From positions 46,756 through 110,755 of the forward strand of contig JBGQFO010000001.1 in the NCBI GenBank assembly GCA_041496945.1: a stretch of DNA of 64,000 bases. The letters run 5' to 3'. This document shows, piece after piece, positions 36,947 through 45,806 of this stretch. This DNA is from Candidatus Limnocylindria bacterium. GTDB lineage: Bacteria > Chloroflexota > Limnocylindria > P2-11E. Positions within the stretch are counted from its first letter, which is position 1, and each line of letters starts with the position of its first letter. The position numbers and the translations under genes are program-made. Under the pieces are notes generated by a model that saw only the letters and a program-made list of their open reading frames with translations, searched no databases and was not told where the DNA came from.

Positions 36947-37828
36947 TCATCGGTAGTAGCTCAGGAAGATCTCTTCGAGCGACGGCTCGCGCGAGACCAG
37001 GCTCACCACCCGCTGCCCCGCGAGCGCGGCGAGCAGCGGGTCAAAGCTGCCCCGGTAGAGGCCACTGACGCGCGCCCCATCGATCGTCACCTGCTCGAGG
37101 CCCGGCACGCGCGCGATCGCCGCGGCGGCCGAGGCGTCCGCGAGCTCGATCTCGACGCGGTGTGCCTTCGCGCCGAGCAGCTCCCCGATCGGCCCGACGG
37201 TCACGAGACGTCCCTCCCGCACGATGCCGACGCGGTCACAGATCTGCTCGACCTCGGAGAGGACGTGCGAGGACACGAAGATGGTCGCCCCTCGTGCTCG
37301 AGCGTCGCGGATGAGCCCGTAGAACTCCTGCTGATGGAGCGGGTCGAGGCCGCTCGTCGGCTCGTCGAGAATGAGGAGCGCCGGCCGGTGCGCGAACGCC
37401 AGCAGCAGCGCGAGCTTCTGCTTGTTGCCGTGCGAGTACTCGCGGTACTTGCGCGAGAGGTCGAGATCGAGGCGCTTCGCGAAGCCCTCGACCTCGGTGT
37501 CGTCAACGTCGCCGCGCAGGCCGGCGAGATACGCCACGATCTCGGTGCCGCGCCATCCGCCGAACTGAGGAAGCTCGCCGGGGACGTAGCCGACCCTCTT
37601 CTTCACGGCGACCGAGTCGCGGTCGGTGTCGAGGCCGAAGATCGTCGCGCCGCCGCGGGTCGCGTGGGTCATGCCCATGAGGAGCTTGATCGTCGTCGTT
37701 TTCCCCGCGCCGTTCGGGCCGAGGAAGCCGCAGACCTCGCCCTCGTTCACCGCGAGGTCGAGATCGAAGATGCCGTGGCCGCTGCCGTAGTCCTTCGTCA
37801 GGCCCTGCGTCTGGATCGCATTGGTCAT
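36947..37828 (-). CDS. ABC transporter ATP-binding protein
   Basis: Walker A is GPNGAGKTT, the signature is YSHGNKQK (degenerate LSGGQ) and Walker B is LILDEP. Confidence 0.88.
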   Translation of the reverse strand: MTNAIQTQGLTKDYGSGHGIFDLDLAVNEGEVCGFLGPNGAGKTTTIKLLMGMTHATRGGATIFGLDTDRDSVAVKKRVGYVPGELPQFGGWRGTEIVAYLAGLRGDVDDTEVEGFAKRLDLDLSRKYREYSHGNKQKLALLLAFAHRPALLILDEPTSGLDPLHQQEFYGLIRDARARGATIFVSSHVLSEVEQICDRVGIVREGRLVTVGPIGELLGAKAHRVEIELADASAAAAIARVPGLEQVTIDGARVSGLYRGSFDPLLAALAGQRVVSLVSREPSLEEIFLSYYR

Positions 37829-38271
37829 GCTGGCCTTCCCTTCTCCGTGCGACGCGCGACCTCAGTGATCTCGTCCATCGCTTTCTCGAGCACGAGGCTC
37901 ATCCGCCTCAGGTGTCGCTTCGGCTCCGCGGCTGTTGCGGCGGCCGCCCCCTGGTGCAGACGGGTGATGAAGTCCTGCATCTGCTTCGCCCGCGCCACGA
38001 GGATCGTGTTCAGATCGTGGTTGGCCGCATAGCGCAGCCGTCGCGTGCCGGGCTCACCACTGCTGCGCGCCAGGCCGAATCCCATGAGGTGCCGCGTCGA
38101 CACGCTGGCGCCGCTCTTCGCGATCCGCAGCTCCCGTGCGATCTCGTCGAGGCTCGCCGGCTCCGACCGGAGCAGGAGGTAGGCGTAGATCCGGCCGGTC
38201 GTGCGGGCAAGACCCCATCCGAGCATCTGCTGCCCCATATCCTCGACGAAGCGCTTCTGGGCCGGCGTCAT
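37825..38271 (-). CDS. GbsR/MarR-family winged-helix transcriptional regulator
   Basis: 148 aa. It reads GRIYAYLLLRSEPASLDEIARELRIAKSGASVSTRHL. An ATGA overlap links it to the ATPase gene. Confidence 0.7.
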   Translation of the reverse strand: MTPAQKRFVEDMGQQMLGWGLARTTGRIYAYLLLRSEPASLDEIARELRIAKSGASVSTRHLMGFGLARSSGEPGTRRLRYAANHDLNTILVARAKQMQDFITRLHQGAAAATAAEPKRHLRRMSLVLEKAMDEITEVARRTEKGRPA

Positions 38272-38281
38272 ATTCCTGATA

Positions 38282-38297
38282 TTCAGTCAGAACTGAA
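38282..38297. promoter_or_regulatory. Inverted repeat TTCAGT-caga-ACTGAA (candidate operator)
   Basis: Read directly, 11 bp upstream of the GbsR-like start codon. The stretch is AT-rich for this genome. Confidence 0.45.
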
Positions 38298-38446
38298 CGT
38301 CAGGGCCCTACGATACTCGGCGGTCAAGCCTCGTGCGATACGGTGCCCCGTTGAGCGGCTGTCGAGGTCCCGCCCGAGGGCGCGGTGTGACGTGCGCAAC
38401 AGTTCCACACCTTCTTCACATTCTGGGTTGTAGCGTTTGCCGTGCG

Positions 38447-40174
38447 ATGCTGATCCGCCTCCTGGGCCGCCACCTCCCGCCGTACCGCGGACCGGTCGCG
38501 ATCGTGACGGTCCTGCTGCTGGCCCAATCCATCGCGAACCTCTACCTGCCGAACCTCAACGCCGACATCATCAACAACGGCGTTTCCAAGGGCGACGCCG
38601 ACTACATCTGGCGGACCGGCGCGCTCATGCTCGGCGTGACGCTGCTGCTCGGCGTCCTCTCGGTGATCAGCGTGTACTTCGCGTCGCGCTCGTCGATGGG
38701 CGTCGGCCGGGACATCCGCGGCGCGGTCTTCGAACGCGTGCAGCGCTTCTCGGCGCGCGAGATGAACCGCTTCGGCACCCCCTCGCTCATCACACGGAAC
38801 ACCAACGACGTGCAGCAGGTGCAGCTCTTCCTGCAGATCGCGCTCACGATCCTGGTGAGCGCGCCGATCATGGCGGTCGGCGGCGTGATCATGGCGGTCC
38901 GCGAGGACGCGACGCTCTCGTGGCTGCTCGTGGTCATCGTTCCGCTGATGGCCGGCGTCATCGGCCTCTTGCTCGTCCGGGCGGTCCCGCTCTTCCAGGC
39001 GATGCAGGTGAAGATCGACCGCATCACCGCCGTCCTGCGGGAGCAGATCACCGGCGTCAGAGTGGTGCGCGCCTTCATCCGGGGCCGCGCCGAGCAGGAG
39101 CGCTTCGAGGGGGCCAACGCGGACCTCACGGCCACCGCGCTCCGCGTGAACCGCATCTTCGTGATCGCCTTCCCGAGCCTGCTCGCGATCATGAACCTCT
39201 CGACGGTCGCGATCCTGTGGTTCGGGGCGCGGCTCATCGATAGCGGCGACATGCCGATCGGGAACCTCACCGCGTTCCTCATGTACATCTTCCAGATCCT
39301 CTTTGCGGTGATCACGGCAGTCTTCATGGTGATCCTCATCCCGCGTGCGGAAGCGAGCGCCCAGCGCATCCTCGAGGTCCTGGACACGGCTCCATCGATC
39401 GCAGATCCGGTGAGCCCCGTAGACCCGGCGCCCTCGGGTCTGGTCGAGCTCCGCGACGTGACCTTCGCCTACCCGCACAGCGAGCGTCCGGTGCTTCAGG
39501 GACTGTCCTTCGAGGCGCGGCCCGGCACGACGACGGCAATCATCGGCGGCACGGGCTCGGGAAAGACCACGGTCGCGAACCTGCTCACCCGGAGCTTCGA
39601 CGTGACCTCGGGCAGCGTGCTCGTCGACGGCGTCGACGTGCGGGCGCAGTCGCTCGACCGGCTCTGGAGCCGAATGGGGCTCGTGCCGCAGTCGGCGTAT
39701 CTCTTCAAGGGAACGGTCGCCGAGAACCTGCGTTTCGGGAAGGCCTCCGCCAGCGACGCGGACCTATGGCGCGCGCTGGAGATCGCGCAGGCTCGCGACT
39801 TCGTCGCGGCGATGACCGGGCAGCTCGAGGCGCCGATCGACCAGGGCGGCACGAACCTGTCAGGTGGTCAGCGGCAGCGTCTCGCGATCGCGCGCGCCAT
39901 CGTCAAGCGACCGGCGATCTACCTGTTCGACGACTGCTTCTCGGCGCTCGATGCGGCCACCGACGCGCGTCTGCGCGCCGCGCTTAAGAGCGAGATCTCC
40001 GAGGCGACGACGCTCATCATCGCTCAACGCGTGAGCACGATCCTCCACGCCGACCACATCGTCGTCATCGATGAGGGACACATCGTCGGCCTCGGTACCC
40101 ACGCCGAGCTCATGCGGTCAAGTGCCGAATACCGCGAGATCGTCGAATCGCAGCTCGGGAGCGCCGCGGCATGA
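38447..40174 (+). CDS. ABC exporter, fused permease/ATPase (MsbA/multidrug type)
   Basis: The internal start is MLIRLLGRHL. It has six TM helices, Walker A GGTGSGKTT, signature LSGGQRQR and Walker B YLFDDC. Confidence 0.88.
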   Translation: MLIRLLGRHLPPYRGPVAIVTVLLLAQSIANLYLPNLNADIINNGVSKGDADYIWRTGALMLGVTLLLGVLSVISVYFASRSSMGVGRDIRGAVFERVQRFSAREMNRFGTPSLITRNTNDVQQVQLFLQIALTILVSAPIMAVGGVIMAVREDATLSWLLVVIVPLMAGVIGLLLVRAVPLFQAMQVKIDRITAVLREQITGVRVVRAFIRGRAEQERFEGANADLTATALRVNRIFVIAFPSLLAIMNLSTVAILWFGARLIDSGDMPIGNLTAFLMYIFQILFAVITAVFMVILIPRAEASAQRILEVLDTAPSIADPVSPVDPAPSGLVELRDVTFAYPHSERPVLQGLSFEARPGTTTAIIGGTGSGKTTVANLLTRSFDVTSGSVLVDGVDVRAQSLDRLWSRMGLVPQSAYLFKGTVAENLRFGKASASDADLWRALEIAQARDFVAAMTGQLEAPIDQGGTNLSGGQRQRLAIARAIVKRPAIYLFDDCFSALDAATDARLRAALKSEISEATTLIIAQRVSTILHADHIVVIDEGHIVGLGTHAELMRSSAEYREIVESQLGSAAA

Positions 40175-42153
40175 TGATGATGGGGCGGCCACAGCGCGGC
40201 CCGGCCGGCGCGCAGCGCGGCGGGTTCATGGGCATGAGCACGCCGGTCGAGCGTTCGAAGGACTTCCGCGGGACGCTGCGCAAGCTCCTCGATCGGCTTC
40301 GCCGGGAGCGGATGACGATCGGCGTCGTGGTCGTGGTCGGGATGGGGAGCGTCGTGCTGAGCGTCATCGGACCGAAGATCATCGGCAACGCGACGAATGT
40401 GATCTTCGACGGGATCATCGGGAAATCCCTCCCGGCGGGGATCACGCTGTCGCAGGCGATCGCCGGCCTGCGCGCCCGCGGACAGGATCAGCTCGCGGAC
40501 ATGCTCTCCGGGACGAGCGCGGTTCCCGGCGTGGGCATCGACTTCACGCTGCTCGGGCAGATCCTCGCGATCGCCGTGGCCGTATACGCGTTCTCTTCAC
40601 TTCTCGCTTGGCTGCAGGGCTACCTGATGGCCGGCGTCGCGCAGCGCACCGTCTACGGCCTGCGCCGTGAGGTCGAGGAGAAGCTCGGGCGGCTGCCGCT
40701 CCGCTACTTCGACAGCCACGCGCACGGCGACCTGCTGAGCCGCGTCACGAACGACATCGACAACATCGCGACGACCCTGCAGCAGGGGCTCTCACAGCTG
40801 CTCACGTCGGTCCTCACCGTCCTGGGAGTGCTGGTGATGATGCTGTCGATCAGCCCACTGCTCGCGGGCATCGCGCTCCTGACGGTCCCGTTGTCGCTCG
40901 TCGTCGTCGTCCTGATCGCGGGGCGGTCGCAGAAGCAGTTCATCGCCCAGTGGGCTGGGACGGGTGCGCTCAACGGCCACGTCGAGCAGATGCACACCGG
41001 CCACGCTCTCGTGCAGGTCTTCGGTCGGCAGGCGAGCGCGATCGAACAGTTCGACACGCTCAACGATCGGCTGTACGCGGCGAGCTTCCGCGCGCAATTC
41101 CTCTCGGGGATCATCCAGCCCGCGATGCAGCTCCTGTCGAACCTCAACTACGTCGGCGTCGCCGTCGTTGGTGGCTATCGCGTGGCGACCGGCGCGATGT
41201 CGCTCGGCGACGTGCAGGCGTTCATCCAGTACTCACGGCAGTTCACGCAGCCGATCACGCAGATCGCGGCGCAGGCGAACCTGCTCCAATCCGGTCTTGC
41301 CTCCGCCGAGCGCGTCTTTGAATTCCTCGCGGCGTCCGAGGAGGAGCCGGACCGCGTGACCGCGGCGGCCCTGCCGGCGTCGCCCGGACGCGTGACGTTC
41401 GACCAGGTGTCGTTCCGCTACGTCGCGGACAAGCCGCTCATCGAGGACTTCAACCTCGACGTGCGCAGCGGCGAGGCCGTCGCGATCGTCGGGCCGACCG
41501 GTGCCGGAAAGACCACGATCGTGAATCTCCTCATGCGCTTCTACGACATCGACGGCGGCCGCATCCTCCTCGACGGCGTCGACACGCGCGACCTGTCGCG
41601 CGACGCGGTCCGACGCGTCTTCGGCATGGTTCTGCAGGACACCTGGCTCTTCGCGGGCACGATCCGCGACAACATCGCCTACGGCAAGGAGGGCGCGACC
41701 ATGGACGAGATCGTCGTCGCCGCGACCGCGGCGCACGTCGACCAGTTCGTCCGCACGCTGCCCGACGGTTACGACACCGTTCTCGACGAGGACGGCTCGA
41801 ACATCTCCGCGGGCCAGAAGCAGCTGCTCACGATCGCGCGGGCGTTCCTCGCGGATCCGAGCGTGCTCATCCTCGACGAGGCGACGAGCAACGTCGACAC
41901 GCGCACCGAGGTCCTCATCCAGCAGGCCATGGCGCGGCTCCGCCACGGGCGAACGAGCTTCGTGATCGCCCATCGGCTGTCCACGATCCGGAACGCCGAC
42001 GAGATCGTCGTGATGGACAAGGGTCGCATCGTCGAGCAGGGCAGCCACGCCGAGCTCCTCGAGCGTCGCGGCTTCTACGCCGATCTGTACGAGAGCCAGT
42101 TCGCCGAGGCGGTCGGTCCGGAGGCCGCCCCCGTCCTCAGCTCCGCTGACTGA
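40171..42153 (+). CDS. ABC exporter, fused permease/ATPase, heterodimer partner of the previous gene
   Basis: An ATGA overlap links the two genes. Walker A is GPTGAGKTT, the signature is ISAGQKQL and Walker B is LILDEAT. Confidence 0.88.
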   Translation: MMMMGRPQRGPAGAQRGGFMGMSTPVERSKDFRGTLRKLLDRLRRERMTIGVVVVVGMGSVVLSVIGPKIIGNATNVIFDGIIGKSLPAGITLSQAIAGLRARGQDQLADMLSGTSAVPGVGIDFTLLGQILAIAVAVYAFSSLLAWLQGYLMAGVAQRTVYGLRREVEEKLGRLPLRYFDSHAHGDLLSRVTNDIDNIATTLQQGLSQLLTSVLTVLGVLVMMLSISPLLAGIALLTVPLSLVVVVLIAGRSQKQFIAQWAGTGALNGHVEQMHTGHALVQVFGRQASAIEQFDTLNDRLYAASFRAQFLSGIIQPAMQLLSNLNYVGVAVVGGYRVATGAMSLGDVQAFIQYSRQFTQPITQIAAQANLLQSGLASAERVFEFLAASEEEPDRVTAAALPASPGRVTFDQVSFRYVADKPLIEDFNLDVRSGEAVAIVGPTGAGKTTIVNLLMRFYDIDGGRILLDGVDTRDLSRDAVRRVFGMVLQDTWLFAGTIRDNIAYGKEGATMDEIVVAATAAHVDQFVRTLPDGYDTVLDEDGSNISAGQKQLLTIARAFLADPSVLILDEATSNVDTRTEVLIQQAMARLRHGRTSFVIAHRLSTIRNADEIVVMDKGRIVEQGSHAELLERRGFYADLYESQFAEAVGPEAAPVLSSAD

Positions 42154-42325
42154 CCTCGCGGCCCTCGCGCGCACGCCGGCGGAACGCGATGCACTCGCCC
42201 GCGCGGCCACAGCGCTCGACGCGCGACACGCCCTCGCGGAGAAGATCGCGCGCGAGCCTGGCATCGAGCGCGTCCTCGGGGAGTTCGTCGACCGACTGCG
42301 GCGCGCGTTCGGCTCTCTCGACGGC

Positions 42326-42712
42326 GTGCGCGGGAAACGCATCCTTGACATCGCCTGCGGATCGAACACGAGCCGGTCGCCCGACACCGGCCTGCGCACC
42401 GCGGTCTTCGAGCCGTGGTTCTGCCGCCTGATCCTCGAACTTGGGGCGGAGCCAGTGGGCGTGGAGGCGGGCGATCTCGATGGCGAGTTGTTCGAGCATC
42501 ACGCCGTCGACCTCGCGCGCATCGGGGCGCTCGACTTCCTGCCGGCCGCGTCGTTCGACGGCGTGCAAGACAGCCGCCTCTTCGGTTCACCTGAGTTCGT
42601 GGCGACGCTACCGAACAAGCGCGATCACGAGCGCATCAAGGCCGAGCTGCGAGCGCAGGAGCGAAGGCTGTTGAAGCCGGGCGGTGTCGTCGTCCACTCT
42701 GACAATCCCTGA
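42326..42712 (+). CDS. Class I SAM-dependent methyltransferase-like protein; the reading frame is open and coding-like back to about 42146
   Basis: Motif I (ILDIACGSN) sits 6 aa after the only canonical start, the GTG at 42326. The upstream in-frame sequence TDLAALARTPAERDALARAATALD... has high third-position GC. Confidence 0.55.
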   Translation: MRGKRILDIACGSNTSRSPDTGLRTAVFEPWFCRLILELGAEPVGVEAGDLDGELFEHHAVDLARIGALDFLPAASFDGVQDSRLFGSPEFVATLPNKRDHERIKAELRAQERRLLKPGGVVVHSDNP

Positions 42713-42911
42713 TCGCGGGTCAGCGTGCTCAAGTGGGTCACGACTGTGGGCGAGAATCTTGTTCGTCAGGCTTGCGAGCAGTTATGGGGCGGAGTGACAA
42801 GGTAGTCGTGTCCTCGAATTTGGTTTTGTGCGCCACTTTCGTCTGTCGTCGACACAGCAGCCACACGTCGCGTCGCAGAGCCGCTTCGCGCGTAAAGTCA
42901 GCGATGAATCA

Positions 42912-43544
42912 ATGAAGAGGGCAACTTGCTTCAGTGGCGCGGCCGGCGGCGTGCGGGCGTCGACCGTGAGACTTCTGTTGCCCGTCGTGGCTGCGCTTCT
43001 TGTGGCGTGTGGAACGCACGTCACTGAACCATCACCTTCGCCGAGCAGCGCGAGCACGGCAACCTCAGCACTGTCGTCTTCACCGACGAGCCGCCCGACC
43101 CTCACCATCCCGCCACCGACCGTGCCAAGGCCCAGCGTGCCGGCCTTGGCGAGAACGCTCGCGGGCGTGCGATTGGGCATGACGAAGCAAGAAGTCCAGG
43201 GTGCGCTAGGTACTCCATCGAAGCTCACAGAGGAGCCTGGCACCAGGTTTCTGGAGTGGGACTACGCCAACGGTGTGGCCGCCATCTTCGGCGGCGCCGC
43301 GCCTGGCACGATCGTCAGCACTGTTCGCATCGAGGCTCCCTACACCGGCCGCACCGCAGAGGGTCTTGGCCTCGCGGACGGTCGGCTTGGAGTTGATCGT
43401 GTCTATGGCATCTACCGTCCGATCGCACAAGCACCCGACGTGCTACGTGTCGTCGACGGAGATGGCATCAGTGTCTTAGTCGGATTCGATGCGCAGGACC
43501 GCATCGAGGGAATCTGGCTCTACATGGATCGCCCACCCCGCTAG
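42912..43544 (+). CDS. Lipoprotein with Ser/Pro/Thr-rich linker
   Basis: The internal start is MKRATCF, followed by LLLPVVAALLVAC (lipobox), a low-complexity linker and a globular C-terminus. GC is lower than in the flanks. Confidence 0.6.
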   Translation: MKRATCFSGAAGGVRASTVRLLLPVVAALLVACGTHVTEPSPSPSSASTATSALSSSPTSRPTLTIPPPTVPRPSVPALARTLAGVRLGMTKQEVQGALGTPSKLTEEPGTRFLEWDYANGVAAIFGGAAPGTIVSTVRIEAPYTGRTAEGLGLADGRLGVDRVYGIYRPIAQAPDVLRVVDGDGISVLVGFDAQDRIEGIWLYMDRPPR

Positions 43545-43590
43545 GGTCCTAGAGAAAGACACACACAATGCATAGTCGGAACGAGTACTG

Positions 43591-43661
43591 AGCGGGTGAG
43601 GAGAATCGAACTCCCGATCGAACCTTGGGAAGGTTCTTTGTTACCACTACAACACACCCGC
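43591..43661 (-). tRNA. tRNA-Gly (anticodon CCC)
   Basis: I folded it by hand. The acceptor stem is GCGGGTG/CACCCGC, the D stem TTGT/ACAA, and the anticodon stem GAACC/GGTTC with loop TTCCCAA. The T arm is GGGAG-TTCGATT-CTCCT and the discriminator is U. CCA is not encoded. Confidence 0.9.
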
Positions 43662-44597
43662 GTACGCGTAAATCATAGCGGCCTCGCTGAGCCTACTCCA
43701 GCCGAAATCGCGCGCCGTCTTTCGGCGATGGCAACGCACGCAGCGAACATCGCACTTCGCGATCTCTAGCTCGACGTCAGACCACTTGCGTTCCCAAATG
43801 AGCCGAGCGACGTCATCGACCTTGATCTCGCCAGCTCGGTGATCGAATTCCAACAAAAGAGGATCCGCCTCGCCACAGTCCACGCAAGGATGCGTTAGGA
43901 GGTACGCGAGGCGAAAGCTCCTCTTGGGACTCGCGCTGCGTATCCGCAGTCGATTGCGAAGGAGATACTGCGCGCGATTCTTGCGGTAACGCTCACGACT
44001 TGCGGTCGCAATGCACGCGAGACAGCGCGTCGTTCGCCTACCGGTGTCCTTGTCCTTGATGCTGAACTGCGCCGCCGGCTTCGTGAGCCCACAGCCAGTG
44101 CACGTTCGCACTTCGGACGTTGGCGGCGGCTCGGTCGATGTGTCGGGCGGCAGTTGGAGCTCAGACGGTGACCTCCAGTTCATTTGCCGCGCGGTCCTCC
44201 GTCGATGACACACCACGCAGCGCACATCGCATTTCGCGATCTCTGCCACGACGCGTCCCCATGGCTTGCGAACGGCCAGGAGCGTGACGTACCCCGTCTT
44301 CTCAGCGGGGTTGCGATGATCGAACTCGAGGAGCACCACGTCGGACTCGCCGCAGTCCACGCACGGATGACTCCGGAGATATTCACGGATCAACGCCCGG
44401 TTCTGCTCGCGGTACGCCTTGATGCGCGCCACCTCGCGGCGGATGTAGGTGGCACGGTTCCTCAGATAGTGCTCGCGCCGGTATGCCGCGTGACACTGCC
44501 GGCAGTGGCCCTGCCGCTCGCCGGTCGCCAGCGAGCGGAACGCGAAGTCAGCATCTGGCTTGAACAGCTTGCACATGCAGCACCGGCGCATGGTCAC
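43647..44597 (-). CDS. Tandem double-HNH endonuclease-like zinc-finger protein (two complete modules in one chain)
   Basis: 316 aa. Each half has an N-terminal CxxC...CxxC finger followed by HPCVDCGE(S/A)D..LLEFDH...EIAKCDVRCV.CHRR(R/K)TAR. GC is lower than in the flanks. The last codons overlap the tRNA 5' end. Confidence 0.7.
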   Translation of the reverse strand: MTMRRCCMCKLFKPDADFAFRSLATGERQGHCRQCHAAYRREHYLRNRATYIRREVARIKAYREQNRALIREYLRSHPCVDCGESDVVLLEFDHRNPAEKTGYVTLLAVRKPWGRVVAEIAKCDVRCVVCHRRRTARQMNWRSPSELQLPPDTSTEPPPTSEVRTCTGCGLTKPAAQFSIKDKDTGRRTTRCLACIATASRERYRKNRAQYLLRNRLRIRSASPKRSFRLAYLLTHPCVDCGEADPLLLEFDHRAGEIKVDDVARLIWERKWSDVELEIAKCDVRCVRCHRRKTARDFGWSRLSEAAMIYAYAGVL

Positions 44598-44693
44598 CTC
44601 GTCTGCGCCGCCGCTGGCCGTCGGAGCGCGCGTTACGTCTCGAGCACAGTGCTAGCAGATGCGGATCGTCGTGAGAAGCCCCATGCTCATCGC

Positions 44694-45551
44694 ATGAAGT
44701 TCGACAAGACCCTCGAGGTCGAGCGCGCGATGGTCGTGTACGCGCACCCCGACGACGCCGAGTTCGGGCTAGCCGGCACGATGGCGAAGTGGGCGCGCGC
44801 GGGCGTCGAGATCACGTACTGCATGGTCACGAACGGCGCATCGGGCTCCGACGACCCGAACATGACGCGCGAGAAGCTCCGCGACGCGCGCTACGCCGAA
44901 CAGCGGGCGGCCGCGAAGATCCTCGGGGTCAAGCACTGCGTGTTCCTCGGCTACGAGGACGGCTACCTGTACCCGACGCTCGAGGTGCGCCGCGACGTCG
45001 CGCGCCAGATCCGCATCCACCGACCGGACGTGCTCTTCACGATGGACCCGACGTTCCGCATCGCGGGCGACTTCTACGTCAACCATCCCGACCACATCGC
45101 CGCGGGTGAGGTCGCGCTCCGCTCGATCAACCCGGATGCGTCGACGCGGAACATGTTCCCCGAGCTGTGGAACGACGAGCATCTCGAGCCGCACAAGCCG
45201 AAGGCGCTGTTCCTCCAGACCTTCGGTGGCGAAGCGACGACCATCGACATCAGCGAGGTGCTCGAGATCAAGGTCAAGGCGCTCCTCGCGCACCGCTCGC
45301 AGCTCTTCCTCGGTGCCGAGGAGATGATCCGCGGCTGGGCCAAGCAGAGCGGTAAGCGTGCCGGCTACAAGGCCGGCGAGTCCTTCCGGATCATCCGCCT
45401 CGAGCGGCCGCCCGAGCCGCCGCGAACGACCGGCCGTGCGCGGCCGGCGAAGGCGCGAACGTCGGGTAGACGCGGGGTCCAGAGCCGCTCGCGCACGTCT
45501 ACCCGCGCACCGCGGAAGCGCACGCCCTCGACCCGCAAGCGCTCGCGCTGA
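44694..45551 (+). CDS. PIG-L/LmbE-family deacetylase
   Basis: The motifs VVYAHPDDAEFG, HPDH and AHRSQ are present. The Arg-rich tail after about ESFRIIRLE is probably non-native read-through. Confidence 0.8.
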   Translation: MKFDKTLEVERAMVVYAHPDDAEFGLAGTMAKWARAGVEITYCMVTNGASGSDDPNMTREKLRDARYAEQRAAAKILGVKHCVFLGYEDGYLYPTLEVRRDVARQIRIHRPDVLFTMDPTFRIAGDFYVNHPDHIAAGEVALRSINPDASTRNMFPELWNDEHLEPHKPKALFLQTFGGEATTIDISEVLEIKVKALLAHRSQLFLGAEEMIRGWAKQSGKRAGYKAGESFRIIRLERPPEPPRTTGRARPAKARTSGRRGVQSRSRTSTRAPRKRTPSTRKRSR

Positions 45552-45760
45552 CGCGCGAAGGTCGGCGCGAGCGCGCCGTCCGCATGCACCACGCGGTGGC
45601 ACGGGACGCTGGCGTCGTCGCACTCGAGCATCACGTTGCCGACGGCCCGCGCGGCGCCGGGCCGGCCCGCGAGCATCGCGACGAGCCCGTAGCTCGCGAC
45701 TCGCCCGCGTGGGATCTCCCGGACGACCGCGTAGACCCGCACGCGCCACTGGGCTGACAC
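45365..45760 (-). CDS. MGMT-family protein (O6-alkylguanine-DNA alkyltransferase DNA-binding/active-site domain only)
   Basis: IPRGRVASYGLVA is followed by the active-site motif PCHRVV. The tail overlaps the convergent PIG-L gene. Confidence 0.7.
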   Translation of the reverse strand: MSAQWRVRVYAVVREIPRGRVASYGLVAMLAGRPGAARAVGNVMLECDDASVPCHRVVHADGALAPTFARQRERLRVEGVRFRGARVDVRERLWTPRLPDVRAFAGRARPVVRGGSGGRSRRMIRKDSPAL

Positions 45761-45806
45761 GCCGGCAATTCTCGCGCGCCGCCGTGGCCGGCGGCCCGGT
45801 CGCGCG

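Noticed and set aside
42750-42775. A possible att-like partial repeat of the tRNA-Gly 3' end (GTGGGCGAGAATCTTG against GCGGGTGAGGAGAATCGAA).
   Set aside because: The match needs a 3-nt gap and several mismatches, and no integrase or excisionase is present. It is not distinguishable from chance.
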